Assembly: GCA_046484135.1 (NCBI GenBank)
Contig: JAWOBU010000063.1
Location: forward strand, 1-27,201
DNA from: a bacterium
GTDB taxonomy: Bacteria; RBG-13-61-14; DATKZS01
DNA: 27,201 nucleotides
Reading direction: 5' to 3'
Shown: positions 26,826 through 27,201 of the stretch, piece by piece
Position numbering within the stretch: the stretch's first letter is position 1
How the letters are laid out: each line of letters opens with the position of its first letter
Made by a program: the position numbers and the translations under genes
Notes under the pieces: generated by a model
What the model was told of the DNA's origin: nothing
Seen by the model: only the letters and a program-made list of their open reading frames with translations
Database searches by the model: none

Positions 26826-27028
26826 ATGCGTTTAGCGCTTGATAGGCTGCAAGCGGGGAACTTGACCTCCTCCCTTCTCCGGGATAGGCTGTCTAAGCCA
26901 GCTCGGAGGATAAGGGCAAGGCAGGCGTTCGACCCGAGCGCCGAGGCTGGTGGCTAAACAGCGGGGGGGCCGGACATGTTCCGGCCTTTTCCCTTTCCCC
27001 GCTGGTAGCTCGAAAGCGCTAAACGCGT
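26826..27028 (+). ncRNA. Candidate ~200-nt structured RNA (6S-like size; family unassigned)
   Basis: Ends pair over about 35 nt (ATGCGTTTAGCGCTT/AAGCGCTAAACGCGT, GGCTGC/GTAGCT, AGCGGGGAA/TTCCCCGCT), plus several internal hairpins; deviations read as G-U pairs on the + strand. Confidence 0.5.
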
Positions 27029-27201
27029 CTTCCAGATCGCCTTCTAAGAATCTGATTAACAATAGATTTACCTCACATCCAAGGGCATCCGGCATTGCAG
27101 GTACCATGAACCGGAAGAGCCTTTTTTGTTTCCAAGCAGGGCGGGTTCCGGCTTCCGGCCGGCATGTTACACTCTTCCGTATGCGAATATAGATTCAACC
27201 G

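Noticed and set aside
26826..27028. Cobalamin riboswitch on the minus strand (AGGGAA...CCGG...CCCCCGCTGT resemblance)
   Set aside because: No B12-box, G-U polarity favours the + strand, and no downstream gene on that strand is apparent.
26832..27192. Short ORFs 26832-27107 (-) and 26950-27192 (+)
   Set aside because: No clear RBS or protein-like features, and they overlap the structured element.

Overview
GC-rich bacterial chromosomal segment from a diderm, probably anaerobic, deltaproteobacterium-like organism (inferred from AsmA, lipoproteins, a HgdB/BcrC-family Fe-S subunit and the holB-ricT-metG-tatD order). The left part (234-12324) is a minus-strand run encoding, in transcription order, a GT-C membrane glycosyltransferase, an ArnC/DPM1-like GT2, an AsmA-family protein, a phytoene-desaturase-like oxidoreductase, an M3 oligopeptidase, a Tat-signal GH51, a DUF4398-like lipoprotein with a C-terminal TM, and a bPH_2 membrane protein. 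The middle holds a half-size TMEM165/GDT1 transporter, a mosaic secreted metalloprotease of about 800 aa, a second GT2 plus a nucleotidyltransferase, a stand-alone ArnA-formyltransferase homologue lacking two of three catalytic residues, and an orphan 2-hydroxyacyl-CoA dehydratase subunit. The right part is housekeeping: amrA-holB-ricT-metG-tatD-MBL and initiator tRNA-Met. Best leads: (i) a non-canonical lipid-carrier glycosylation locus coupled to AsmA and a GDT1-type metal transporter, with a pseudo-formyltransferase; (ii) an unannotated ~200-nt highly structured element just after the tRNA terminator; (iii) a REPIN-like palindromic element between ricT and metG; (iv) the mosaic protease and the doubly anchored lipoprotein. 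All family calls are by motif recognition only; no searches were run.
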